Assembly: GCA_045837725.1 (NCBI GenBank)
Contig: JBEWZL010000044.1
Location: 372,001 to 436,000, forward strand
DNA from: Vermamoeba vermiformis
Lineage: Eukaryota
DNA: 64,000 nt
Direction of reading: 5' to 3'
The notes beneath the pieces were generated by a model that was given only the letters and a program-made list of their open reading frames with translations, searched no databases and was not told the DNA's origin. The translations under genes were made by a program, and so were the position numbers. Positions 37,759 through 50,802 of this stretch are shown here, piece by piece (within the stretch, counting starts at the first letter, position 1; the number at the start of each line of letters is the position of its first letter).

Positions 37759-39802
37759 ATGTTCGCAAAAACCGCACAGATTTGTTTCAAAAACAGTAAA
37801 AATGTTGCAAAAATAATTTCCTGCAAAGCAAATTGCAAGCTATTTAGTACTTCTACCTCTTTGGTAAGGCCACTGCGTTGGAAATCAATTTTAATTTAAA
37901 TAATTAATAAAAAATCCAAATAATTCTACAGAGGTCAGATCTGCCTCCTCCAAAGCAACTTCCACAACGGAGAGTGGTAGTAACTGGATTAGGTCTAGTG
38001 ACTCCTCTTGGAGCAGATGTGTCAACAACGTGGACAAGACTTACTAACGGCGAATGGTTTGTATTTACTCCGTTCCTTGCAGCTATTAATATTCCTCATT
38101 AGTGCGGTCGATCGCATTACTACATTTGACACTTCACAACTGCCCTGCAAAGTCGCCGCGACAGTCAAGCGAGGCACACAGCCTGGTGAATTCAACTTGG
38201 ACCAGTGGGTGCCTAAAGCGGTAATAACGATTGACGAATATATGGTCGCTTATATAGAGTTAATTGCGCGTGTAGGAACGAAGCAAAATCACGCCGTTCA
38301 TTGAATACGCCATTGCCGCGTCCAGTCAAGCACTCAAAGACTCGAATTGGGCTCCGAGCACTGAAGAGCAGATGAACAGAACGGTGTGCCAGTCATTTGA
38401 GACTTCTAATATGAACTAACTCGTGCTTGACAGGGTGTCGCTCTTGGCTGCAGCATGGGTTCTGTGCAAGAGATCGCGGACACATTTCAGCTCTACAAAG
38501 ACAAGGTAATTCATGAACGAATTTCACTGAATGACCGCTAACAGCCTCACAGGGATATCGCAGAGTGTCGCCGTACTTCTTGCCCCGCGTGCTGAATAAC
38601 CTCGCAGCAGGCCAAGTGAGCATATTCAACAAGTTGCGTGTAAGTTGAGCATTTGTAATGGATTCAGCGGCTCAGATCTGTTAGGGACCCAATCATTGCG
38701 CATCCACTGCTTGCACGACTGGAGCACATTCCATAGGCGATGCATTCAAGTTCATTCAACGAGTGCGTACTACCGTCGCTAGTCGTCCACCACTCATCCA
38801 TTATCCCGCTAGGGCGATGCAGATGTCATGGTCGCTGGAGCTACTGAAGCAGCAGTTGATTTGATATGCGTCACTGGTTTCTGTCGGTAAGACACACAAG
38901 GCATCATGTAAAGCTCCGCACTAATAGCTGACTAGTGCCATGGCCCTATCAACTTCTTTCAATGACATGCCACAATCAGCTTCGCGACCGTTTGACAAGG
39001 ACCGGGACGGTTTTGTGATGGGTGAAGGCGCTGGTGTGATGATACTCGAAGTACGTCAATAAGACGCATATTTGCTATTGATCGCGATGCTTATAATGAT
39101 TGACAATAGGACCTCGAGCACGCACTCAAGCGTGGTGCTAAGATCTACGCAGAGATCCGCGGTTACGGTCTCTCAGGTGCGTTCACAAGGGACCGTGTAG
39201 ACGTTGCAGACCTTCATACCTTCCTTATTAGGAGATGCAAACCACGTGACCTCGCCTGCAGAGAATGGTATTGGCGCGCAGCTGTGTATGCGTGCAGCGA
39301 TTGAACAGTCCGGCTTGAACCCCGAACAGATCGGCTATATCAATGCTCACGCGACTTCTACGCCACTAGGTAAGATTGCATTGCCCTATTTAAGCATTGC
39401 GGATATTAATCCACGCAGGGGATCGCATTGAGAATCACGCCATTAAATCCGTGTTCGGCAACAATACACAATTGTCCGTGTCATCCACCAAAGGAGCTAT
39501 TGGTCATTTGCTCGGTGCTGCAGGAGCTGTCGAGGCCATTTTCACGGTACTCGCACTTCATACGGTAATTCACATTTCAATTTAATTCAACCGAAAAGAT
39601 TTTGCTAAACTTGTGTTTTCTATTTTTCTCGCAGGGAATTCTACCGCCAACAATCAATTTGAACAATCTCGACCCCGAATTCACACTCGACTATATTCCC
39701 AATAAGAGCATCAAAAAGAACCTTGTTGCCGCAATGTCGAACTCGTTTGGATTTGGTGGCACCAACGCGTCGCTGTTATTTTCTGTGCCTCCAAAAGTGT
39801 AA
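37759..39802 (+). CDS. OXSM: Mitochondrial 3-oxoacyl-ACP synthase (FabF-type), many introns
   Basis: [15 protein letters not shown], catalytic [71 protein letters not shown]. Basic presequence [14 protein letters not shown]. Confidence 0.95.
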
Positions 39803-40928
39803 TATAAATAGGTATGTGTTCCTTTATTCGATTTTTTGTTATAGCCAAACAATAGTTAGTGTAAAAAGATGCTACTCCTGCCAATCAAAATGACAGCAGT
39901 AATCACCACTACTATTTAATTTCTGCCAAATTTCTGACCAATAGGCACCCTGGGAAGTGCCCGTCACCGTTTTGATTAGTTACGCTGAAACAAACAAAAA
40001 CAACGTGATACATGGCCACAGCTCAGCACTGCGGCACTATATTATATCAAGCGTTGTTGTTGGTGCTTGCTCATTAATCAATTTAAGGTGCACGAGTCAG
40101 ATCGAGCGCAAAAACGCGATTTTTCTGTCTATTTTGCTTAAAAAAATTGAATTTAAGGAAAGACAATCAATTTTGGGTGCAACCGCTTTAGTCACACCAG
40201 CGAAAATTAATTAAAATATTAAAGAAGCCCTCCCTAAGCACTAGTTTTCCGTCTTCATTTGTGGTGCTCCTCAAAAATAAATGTTTGGGCGCAAAGTCAA
40301 CGTCAATCAGCGTCGGGAGTTAGAAATTTGGTAGAACGTATCAGCTATTCTATGACGTTTTGTAATTCACAAAAGTGGTGATTCAAAGACCAAATTTTAC
40401 GGTAACTATTGTTTGGCTATATTTTGAGCAACAGCAGCTTGGTGCTTGTGATTCAGAAGCGCCTGTCAATTTCATCAAAAATTGTCCTGTTACTTGTGAT
40501 TCTCCTCGTTTCGGCAATGAATCAGTCTTAAACTCGATATTGTCACTCAAAAACGAGGTCTAATAATGCGATGGTTGCATCATATCATTGGAATCGACGA
40601 GATCGGCATTGCTAAAAGCCCTCAAAACGCGATCTGGAGCAAATCCACCTTCAGTTGCATCACAACACCGTTCAAATGCAGGAAACTCGTCAGAGTATAA
40701 CCCGCCATTGTATTGCGCGCATCATTCCGCCATTCAGATCGCCTTTCGAGAGCTTGCCGAGGATACGCAGCAACCAAGAATAGCGCGGGCTGTTTGAAAC
40801 TTCGTTCGAAAATTTCGCTTTGGTCCAATGTGAATCGCGCTCTGGACTGGATATTTATATTACGTTACAACGCGTATTCATTGTTACGAACACTTGACAA
40901 ACACACGACCACGTCTGACTTTTTTTTG

Positions 40929-42661
40929 ATGCAAGTAAGTTGATGTCAATGGGGTTGGTGACTTCATTTGCTAATAATGTGATTGTCGGATAGGATTGCG
41001 CAGTCGAAGCTCACGACGTTGCTTGCAGAGCAACTAACAGCCGTATTCGAGCTGCTTCGATGATGGTACGATGACTTTTAGTTTCGACCGATCTGAAATT
41101 CTCAAAAGCAACCGCAATGCATTGTCTCATCCAAACAACTTAGTGCGTTATAAGCAGTTGATTCTAATCACCTACCTATTAATAACAGCATGAGGATAAA
41201 TGTTTCTACTGCGATCAAACAACGAGCTCGCAGTTGACCTACTGCAGCTTCTGCCCCAAGGCTTATCACCGCGAATGCTTGCCTGAAGGCACTGTAATTA
41301 GTTTCCCGCGATGGTAGGTCATCAATCTCCCTCTAGCTCTAAAAATGTCACATGATTCTCCGGCCACCGCTCGCCGCTCCTCCACAAAATCGTATCATTT
41401 ATTGACCGGTTAATTACTAGGGGTTGCCCTAGCCACAAATGCCAAGTTCCTGACTGTGGGGCTAGCTCTTCCAAAAGCAGAAGAAAAATTTACAGATGTG
41501 CTCATTGCCCATCCTCCTATTGCTTGTAAGTTGAATTGATATCTTGTATAATATTTTCCTATTTCGGTCATGATTTACTTTCCACCAAATTTCCGTTATT
41601 AATTTATTTTCAGTGCGCATCTTGCAGAAGGAACAAAAATTCTTGATTACAACCCATGGCAATCGATTGGCTATCGTACTGGTAGCTTTGTATTCATCGT
41701 TTGCACTAAATGCACGGTAAGCAATAGCGGCAATTATTTATACGAAGTGCACGTGCTAATAACTCCGCAGCACAAACATCAAGACAACGGCCACGAGCAC
41801 TCTGCAGCTGACTCGACGTGCGCTGCGGGTGAGTCCCCTGTCGATGGTTACAAGCGACGCAACAAGCGCAAGGCTCGCGAGTTGTCAGACGATGAGGACG
41901 AGGTGCAGATCCGCACTGCAGCAGATCCAGCACTCGTGAATGAGATCAAATCACGATTGAAAGCATTAGGAAAGATGCAGCGTGAAGTAGCACGTGATAT
42001 CGGTGTGAGCGAGGGCATTCTGTCGCAATACATGAATGGCGCCACTCGCAGCAATGGCTGGCGATCAATTGAAACCAAATTGAACGAGTGGCTCGAAGCG
42101 AGTGCCGTGATGACATCTGTCACTGTGAGTGTCAACGCAAATGTCGATAGTCACAGCAACAGCGCTCAATCCAGTGATTCAACATCAGGTCCACGCCTCA
42201 AGCGCCGCAAGTTGTCCGGCAGTTCTGACGCAGCACACGACGATCACTCGGGCGCTTCTAGTCCCACACGTGAAGTCGGTGCCGTGGCTCCTCGTCGCTT
42301 GACTCCACTGCCTCAAAACACGTTCAATCTCTCGCAGCTCACTGTTGTTATGCCCACCTCACAGCCCATGACCATTAACAATAACAACCACTGGCTCAAC
42401 CAAGCGCACATGACCGAACACATGTCACCTGTCACGAGCTCTGAAGAACAAGTCTCCAGCTCGTACGAAATGCACGAGCTTCAGTTCTACAACCCCGCGT
42501 ACAACTACGAGTACTTGAGTCCTAGCGCACTCGATCTCTATGTCGAGCTGACTGACGACAATGTCAAGCAGATTGTGGCTGAGAGTTCTTATTACAACAA
42601 CAATAACAACTCCCACAACGCTCCTGCTCACAACGAGTGGTCCTCTCCTTTTGCCGTCTAA
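40929..42661 (+). CDS. PHD + C5HCH zinc-finger protein with an XRE-like helix-turn-helix; putative chromatin-reading transcription regulator
   Basis: Short exons missed by the ORF track splice to HEDKCFYC..YCSFCPKAYHREC..WGCPSHKCQVPDCG..YRCAHCPSSYCFAH..FIVCTKC. The last exon has GKMQREVARDIGVSEGILSQYMNG. Start codon (MQ micro-exon at 40929) is tentative. Confidence 0.75.
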
Positions 42662-42784
42662 AGCTGTCAATGCCCCCGAGCAAGCAATTTTGTATAATTT
42701 TTCCCTGCGGTATATGTAAATAAACTGTAAATATTTCTATTAATCATTCGTTTTACTCTGTACACTTTACATCACTTCAAAGCT

Positions 42785-45119
42785 TTACGACATGTGGACT
42801 TTCTGTCTCTTTCGTCGTGGCTTCTCACTTCCATTGATCTCCTCGGCTTTGTCTTCAGGCATACTATTGTTATTGTTACTAGTGTCTCCAACTTCCTCGA
42901 ACTCTTCGTCGTCTGAATCGCCACTAACATAGATATTTGTGCTCTTGCGTCGCCGTTTCTTCATAAATGTGCGCAGCTGTTCAATGAGCTCGACAGACAA
43001 GTCAGTGTAACACGTGCTCTTTTGCACGGCATCGAACTCTTTGGCGATGAATCTCATGCACAGCTCTTTCAATTGAAGCGCATTGCACTTATGAGCGAAG
43101 GAATATAAGAACGCAGCAGTATCAACTTCAAAACTGTTCTGCAAGTGGTACTCGAGGTGCGCTTTCAAATCGTCCACCAAAAACTCGTCAGCAATTTCAA
43201 GCAGCTTCAGTGCGGTGTTCTCTTGCTGCAACTGTTCATCGTTCAATTCACCGCTGTAGATGAACTGCAACATCATCTTCACAATCAAAGGCTCGTGCTC
43301 ATCAACGTCAAGTCCTTCTGAAACACTCAGCTTGACACCATTGAGCTGTGACTCGCCATTGGACTGCAGTGGTAGGGTGTTTTGACTCGAAGACAGACCG
43401 CCCATGCCCAGCCTCTGACTGTTGAACAGGGCCTCAAATCGACCGCTTCGTGCACTCAGAATGGCTTTGTGAGTTCGAAATGATGTACCACGCGACCTGA
43501 CAGTGTAATCGGGGAAATAATCTGGATTGTCCAAGAGTTTGGACAAGTCACGCGACACCACAGAACTGGGCTTGACAATGGGCTCGTCAATGTCGGAATA
43601 AATGTGCAGCGAGTTCAAATCCAGCAGTCCATTGTGGCCACCGAAGAATAGAAGGCGATGATTGAAGTTGAGACACGAAGCACCGAACAGCGTGCCCGGT
43701 GATTGGCCACTGACTTCTTGCACGCTATTTGGCTCCCATCGATCAGCAACTATGAGACTAACTATTAGTCAAGGACATTCACAGAATTAGCACGTACCAG
43801 TGTTGTAGCTGTAAAAGTCATCGTAGTACAGTGCCTGCGAGGAGTCGAAGCCCCATCCTCCGTAAATGTGCACGCGCGAACCCAAGTCTGCACTGGCTGT
43901 GGCCTTGAGTACTCATAAATGTAAATGTTATTCATAACAATTGGCACGTGTCACTTACAAATCGAGCACATGGCGCATACTTGGAAGTCTTGTCATCATC
44001 CTGCAGTCGTGTTAGTGACACGTGTCAAACACATTACCGCGTACCAGTTTGGTCCAAGTCATTGTCTCCAAATTTAAGCTGTAGAAATCATTCAACATCT
44101 CGCCGTGCATTCCGTCCCAAGTCGAGCCTCCGAAGATGTAGACGAGCTAAGCCACATTAGTAGTGCTCATCATTGGTGAACTTTGACATGTATTGCTTAC
44201 CTTGCCTAATTTGACCATGGAATGATAAGCACGTGCAGGAGGTGTGGGGCCTGAAGTAGTGGGAGTGAAGAATTGCATCGATTCTACATCCCAACAATAA
44301 AGATCTGCAAAGTTCTGCTCTGAATTGTGACCGCCAAATATGTACATGCGACCAGCGTATTCAATCGATCGGTGACCTTCGCGCGGAGTTGGATGCACGA
44401 CACTCGATGCACGATGCTTCTCCCACTCGCATCGGTCTAATAGGTCTCGGTTAGATTAATATTTAAGTATAGTTATAAGATAGTACCAATATCGTATGAA
44501 TAGGTGTCATTGAAGACTGGTCCTTCGTCCCAAATCCTTCCGCCGCCAAACAAGAACAATTTCCGTCCAATAACATTACTAGCAAAAGACGCTCTCGGCG
44601 GAGGAACTTTTCCGCGAACAGAAGGCTTGCTCCATGTGCTGGTATCTACCGAAATTATTAGTACAGAAGAAAATAATTCTGGATGCTTCTCGCAACATTC
44701 TGGAAAGTAAAAATCCGTTACAGAAGGGTATGTAATATGTTAGTAGCGTTGTATTTAGTTAGTTGTAATTTGACACGGCGGAGACACGGGATCCGGTCTT
44801 AAAAGTAGATGGCACTAAATATTTGTAATTTACATTCCAGCTAGTTAATTTTGCAAAACACTTTCTATATTTTTCTTACCCATATTTAACATGTATACGT
44901 CATTATAATATTGATCTTTGATCTCGCCATTAGAAAATCCCCTAAAAATGTTTCTTTTAATTCAAACCTGTAAATCTCGTATAAACAATTCATATATTAC
45001 CTTGTCCAGCCACCGAATAGTATTAGGTCCTTGCGATCTACCTTGTGCATCCCGTGGCTGTGTCTAGGACATGGCGCCGGACCACTGAAGGCAGGCTGTA
45101 GCCACTGCTTACCAAACAT
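42785..45119 (-). CDS. Kelch-repeat + BTB/POZ protein (LZTR1-like architecture)
   Basis: Kelch repeats (PCPRHSHG..LILFGG; PTPREGH..MYIFGG; PPARAYHS; LLFFGGHNG) followed by BTB (FRTHKAILSARS..MMLQFIYSG..LLEIADEFLVDDLK). Confidence 0.9.
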
Positions 45120-45711
45120 AGTCACTGAGGTAAATTATTTGACTGAAATGTGCGTTGTCCGTGGTCTCTCAGTCCGTGGCATTCTAATAATAAACTTTTG
45201 CGCCGCCTGAATCTGGCAACACGAACTGGTCAGACTAATTTATTAGGCAATAGCAATCATGAAATTGTGCTTATTCCCTACACCAATTTCCTACAGTGCA
45301 TAGCAGCTTACGCACAAATGTCAATTAGCTCCCTAAAATAGCGCTGTTAAACCTAGGTCGATTCACCGGGGCACGCGTCTTTAAGCTTAAAGAGAGCTCC
45401 AGATCATTTAAATCTAGGTACCCGATCTTTTTTTTGAATCAAATCTCAGGATGGAAATTTGGAGCGAATCCGCGGAGATTTTTAGTGTGGATTTTTGGTT
45501 TGTGTTTAGCTCGAGGGAGGTTGGGGTAAATTTGAATCGCGTTGTTAAGTCATTCGCTGTTATATTAATTTTCTGTTTTTATTCTTTTCGATAGATCGAC
45601 AAAATTATTTCTACAAGGGTGCGGATTTTGGTCCGCCGCTATACAAAGCCAAAATTTGGCAGGTTATTCGCCATTTGTACATAACTATATTGCAATTAGG
45701 TATAATACCTT

Positions 45712-46554
45712 CTAATTTACACGCGAAACTTCTGGATTGACCGTTACGAACTCATTGGCCAAACTTCGGAAGCTATTTCTACATGAAGCAGGGTCTTGCT
45801 TGCTGGTGAGTTGTTGCTCGCGCACCGGTGAGGCAGTAGGTGACGAGGAGATGAGCGAGGGCTCTCGTTGTTGCTCGGAAGACAGATCATCTTCCTTCGC
45901 GTAAACAACTTCAATGCGCGTTGTCAACAAATTCTTGACGGAGACTGAGCCAGGATCGACCCACATAACAAAACCATCGGTCGGTAGGCGCTTGTGGATG
46001 TTGCTAATGAAAGCTTTTTGAGCTGCTTTCACGATGATTTTATCAATGTTGTGCTGATCGTAAATGAGCGAACTAAGATAAAAAAGAGAGTTAGTAATAT
46101 GTTCGCGGAGTGTTAAAAATATAATTTCAAGCAATAGTTTAAGGCACAGTATCTTCTCGAAGGGAAAAATTCAGCATCGAGAACAATTAATTAACTTCAT
46201 GAATAATCGAATTTGCAGCCTTAGATTGCAACATGTTTTAGATGATTAATGAGCCACAAAACTAACAACTTTGACGATAAACTAAGGCTAGAACTAAATC
46301 TTGAAAATCCAGAAAAGAATCTTGTTCGCTGTAACTCACCGATAAGCATTGCCGCGCAAAGGGTTCTCGACCCACCAATGTCCCCACATTTTCGCAAACA
46401 AGAGCTCGACTAGGCTGTCTCTGAAGAGCGCCACTTGTTCGTTGGGCAAATGTGTTTTGTCCAAAGTCTTGGCCCACCAGTCGGCTGCCGCTTCGATTTC
46501 CTTATTTACATAATGGCGCTTGCCTTGGAAGGTGATTTCTTTCATTTTCGACAT
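45712..46554 (-). CDS. BTG/Tob antiproliferative family protein (two exons)
   Basis: KEIEAAADW..F..L...GHWWVENPLRGNAYRSL (Box A) and LPTDGFVMWVDPGSVSV (Box B). Confidence 0.92.
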
Positions 46555-47250
46555 GCTATTTACAAACTATACAGGGTTGGGGAATTCTTATAAAAACAGA
46601 TTTAAATCCGAAAAGGTAGTTGCTGATCCAAGATAGGAGTGTTGCAAGGCTTCGTTAAAGGTGTTCGGATATTTTGAAAGTTGAGGAGTTGTTGACTGTT
46701 TCTTTGCTGCGTGAAAAATAAAAAATCTCACGTCGTGCTGTTTTATTATTTTCCGCTACTGGTTCCTGATTGGTTGAAATCGGAGAAATTTCACTGAAAC
46801 CTAGCTCTTTTATCGTGCATTTTTTTCTCTTTGTCCATAAAAATCCTGCGCCTTGAACATCCTCCACAGTATCCCGAAGGAGTTACACATTAAAAGTGCA
46901 GTTAAATTGACCCTTTGCAAAGTTGTTCGGATTCCTAGCTTGTCCACTCTGCGGCTAGTACAAGAGCCAATTCGGGCCGATAGCTTAACTACAGGCATCC
47001 TCCTTTCATATACAATACCTGAGTAAGCACTTTCGTGTATTTATTGAAATCCCTTGGTTTGGATTCCATTTTTTAATTATTATTTAATTTCATTTTTAGT
47101 TCCAAAACTATCTTTACAAGTTGTCCCGTTACAATGGAAATAATTAACGATAATAGACACATTTTTCAGTCTCTTAGCTTTCGTTTTCGCGTCCTACACA
47201 TCCAGCAGCCACAAAAATATTACTTGACTCTGCTAGCTTTATTGTGCGAG

Positions 47251-50200
47251 TTAAAACAAGAATGAAACAAGGCCCATCATAGCGATATTCGCAAACACTC
47301 TAGTAGCGCTGCTAACAACTCCGCGATCTCGTGGTGCGTTGAGTGCGATCGGGTTGTTCGTTGTGGGCGGAGTGACTGCTTTAGAACCCGACTGTTCATC
47401 TGTTGCAGAGGTAAGATATCAAGTGATAATAATATACGAGTACGTACTTGCTGGCGGCACTGTGGTCACTGAAGCGACTGCAGCGGTAGGCACGCGCGAG
47501 GCGAAGGTCGTGAAACCTGTTTGCACAAAGTCCAGAACGACTTGCGAGGACGAATCAGCGCTAGTTTGATCAGCTTTGACAACTACAGTGATCACCGATG
47601 AAGTTGATTGGCGCTTCGTGGAGGCAGAGAAAGTGACATTCAGTCTGGCGCGCGCAATTTGCATCACATCGGAGAGATTTCCGATGAGACTGTCGGATAT
47701 CGCGAGCAGTTGTTCGACAGTAGCTGAAGAGGTCATTTGGAAGGTCACATCTACACGTCAAGGTCAGTCTTGGACGGGTGATAATATGAATGAAAACTAC
47801 CTTGTGGACAACGAAGTTCTTCGGCAGCAATGTCAAAGGTGAGCTTAAAGCCGTCAAGGTACCACGAGACTTGTTGCGCAGTGGTTGTGATGACCTATTG
47901 AACGATATTAATGTGAGTACTGACAGCTGTGTTTTAGGCACGTACATTGAAGGCACTTTGAGGATAAGTGAACGGACGGCCAGTAATGAATAGAGCGACT
48001 TTGTTTGGCACATTGACGTTCAAGAAGTTGACCTCATCGCTCAGTGTGACATTGGTCGATTGGTCATTGACGTAAGTCATGTACGCCGTGTATTGATTGT
48101 TGGCGTACTCAACACATTGCACGATAGGTGTCACGCGGAGTCCGACACAAGCACTGAGCTCTTGATCGCACAATGGAGTCGGTGCAGCACAGTTACAAGT
48201 GGCGGAGCTCGAAGGGGCAGAGAGAGGAGCAGTGCTGGGGGCAGTGGGAGCTGAGCCGACAGGAGCTGAGGAAGGCACTGAAGGTGCTTGAGGCACGGTT
48301 GTCGGTGCGGCTTGAGGGGCACTGGAAGTTGGAGCAGATTGAGGCGCACTAGCACTCGGAGTTGATTGAGGAGCGCTGCTTGACGGAGTCGACACCGGGG
48401 CGGTTGAAGTGGGAGCACTGGTGGGTGCTGCAGGAATGATCGGTCGAGTGATGAATGGCTTGATGTTGTTTTCTGCATTCGAGTGAGGTCAGTTCTATCC
48501 ACTATTGTACTGGAATATACTTACCATTAAACACACGGCAGTTAGCAATACTATCAGCGCAGTCAGTTTGAGACGTGGCCGAGCAACAGGGCTGTTTGGT
48601 CACATTTAACGCTAGTACTTTCTATTGCCGAAGTTAGTGAATGCGTCGATACAGCGTTCTTGAAAGCTTACCAAGGTGGCACAATCGACGTTAACTGTAG
48701 CAGTTACTTCATTTGGGAACGCTCCTGTGCTAAAACAGTACAGATAGCAGTAGTACTTCGCAATGACCGATTCGCACTGGCTGTTAACGACCATATTATT
48801 GATGCAATCACGTTCCGGAGATCTCGCAAGCAATTGGGCGGGACCGATTGCGTAATAAGTGTAGTATAGGTAGTAGCGGGATGCAGTCATTTCGTTATCG
48901 GGCATGAACTTGCACTCGCCGCAGTCACAGACGAGATTTCTTCCACAATCAGATGTCACATTACAACTGGTCGGATAATCGCACACGCCATTAGTAGAAC
49001 AGAATCCGACGGCACATTCGGCATCACCTGTGCAGACTTCACCCTGGGAGCGCATTAGATTAGAATGCTTTCAAGTGTCAGAAATACTTGCAATTGCGCT
49101 GTAGAACTGCGGACAGACGCCATTCTGGCACGGACGTGCGCTGTTGAAGCAAGCGTATGTCGAATTGCACTTTTCACCCGAGAACGCGATTCCGTAGCAC
49201 TTGTTGTTGAGACACTGGCCGTTGGGGCATTGCGCGGTGACATTGCAGGCGCCTCCAAGTGATGACATGGGCAAACAAACAGATCCGCTGCAGATAGATG
49301 ATTGGCAAGCCCTGGCAGTGCCAAAGTTGCAGCTCTCGCCGTTCGGTAAACTATTTGGGGCGATGCAAGTGTAGTTAACATGACACACGTCAGCCGGACT
49401 ACAATTGCCCTGGAAGCACGGTTCTCCCTGGAATTGTGTCAGCACCCGCAGACGTTAGCGATCGAATACTTTACCCTCGCTGGATAGGTGCACGCGTTGT
49501 TGATACAGTCCATGTTGTTGCACTGGGTTTGATCGGCGCAGTATTCGCCAGCCTCGCCCTTCTTCATACAAGTGGATGCAGAGCTTGACGACGACTGACG
49601 GCACACGTAATCGAGACATTGTCCTTGGTAGCTGCACTGTTCTCCCAAGGACTTGAGCGGTTGGCAGATTCCATCAAAACATCCAGAGCCTGATAGCAAT
49701 TAGAAGTCGATCGGTTGAATTTGCAAACAACGTACCTGGCACGCAGTAAAACGAGTAGGAGCAAGCAGTGCCGAGAGGATTATAGTCGCACAAGTTGGTT
49801 GTTGCGTTGCAGTACTTGGTAACGCACGATGAATCGCAGGGACCACCGGGAGTGAAGTAACTGAAAGGAGGAGTGGAAGATACCAACTCTGTTCGCTGTT
49901 AGCATGACTGAAAACTTCCAACGTGATCACTTACCGCACTTATTGGCAACACAAACAACCGAGTACCCCGAACCCGGAGAAAAGGTACAATCGCTGGCTG
50001 TATTGCAAGTGCAATTGGGGCCATTATAGACGCAGATACCGTTTTTGCACCCCAGGCCTGAAGGACATCTGATTCAAAAGTGTGGCGGTTAGTCGCAGGA
50101 TGTAAATTAATGTTTTCAACCAGACTCGTACTTTTGACAAGGGCACGCTTCTCCTAATGATGGCAAAGGAGCGCATTCGTTGTTACAGCAGTAAAACCCT

Positions 50201-50316
50201 TCGTCGCACTGTGTGCTTGTAGTGCAACCCTTGCACGAATCGGCGTGGGTGAAGCTGAAGAGCAAGCACAGAGACAGTGCTAACGCGGCGATTGAATATT
50301 TCATGGTCACTGTCAT
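47251..50316 (-). CDS. Cys-rich secreted/cell-surface protein with S/T/P/A-rich stalk and probable GPI-anchor signal
   Basis: Signal peptide MKYSIAALALSLCLLFSFTHA; repeated GxxC-x4/5-C..C..C modules; SSAPQS repeats; C-terminus ..VVSSATRVFANIAMMGLVSFLF*. Confidence 0.85.
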
Positions 50317-50802
50317 GGTGTCGCGTTGCGGTTGATGTTACGAATGGTGTGGTAATTCGCTTTTTCTTTTTGTGTTTGTTTTGTGTCCACAAAAGAAAGA
50401 ATTGCTCTCACCTCGTCGGAGATTCGCCGCCAATTTCATTTCTTCGTTTTGAGAGCTGATAATTTAACGCGTTGAACTCGTCATGAAATTGGCTGAGAAT
50501 GTCTGGGTCCATTACTCACAGATTTAATTTTACGAATGCAAGCGAAGAATTACGTCACCAGTTCTTTTGAATCGATGATGATATTCCAAACGCATCGTAA
50601 GTTGTTACCCACGAAATAGTGTGGTTATGATGCGCAGAGATTAACTTTGTGCAGGAAGAGAATTGCCATAGATGGTAATTCGTACAAAATATCTCCGCTT
50701 TGTTTTTCTGAAGATTTTACACGTTTATGAGTCCAAGTAAGAAAATAATTGTGGCGTTACGCACGGATAATATAGTCCTCATAGCAGCTCGATCCTCAAC
50801 TC

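Noticed and set aside
39803-40928. Unusually long spacer with several short ORFs
   Set aside because: No recognisable protein motifs, repeats or RNA gene signatures; most simply the upstream regulatory region of the PHD-HTH gene.
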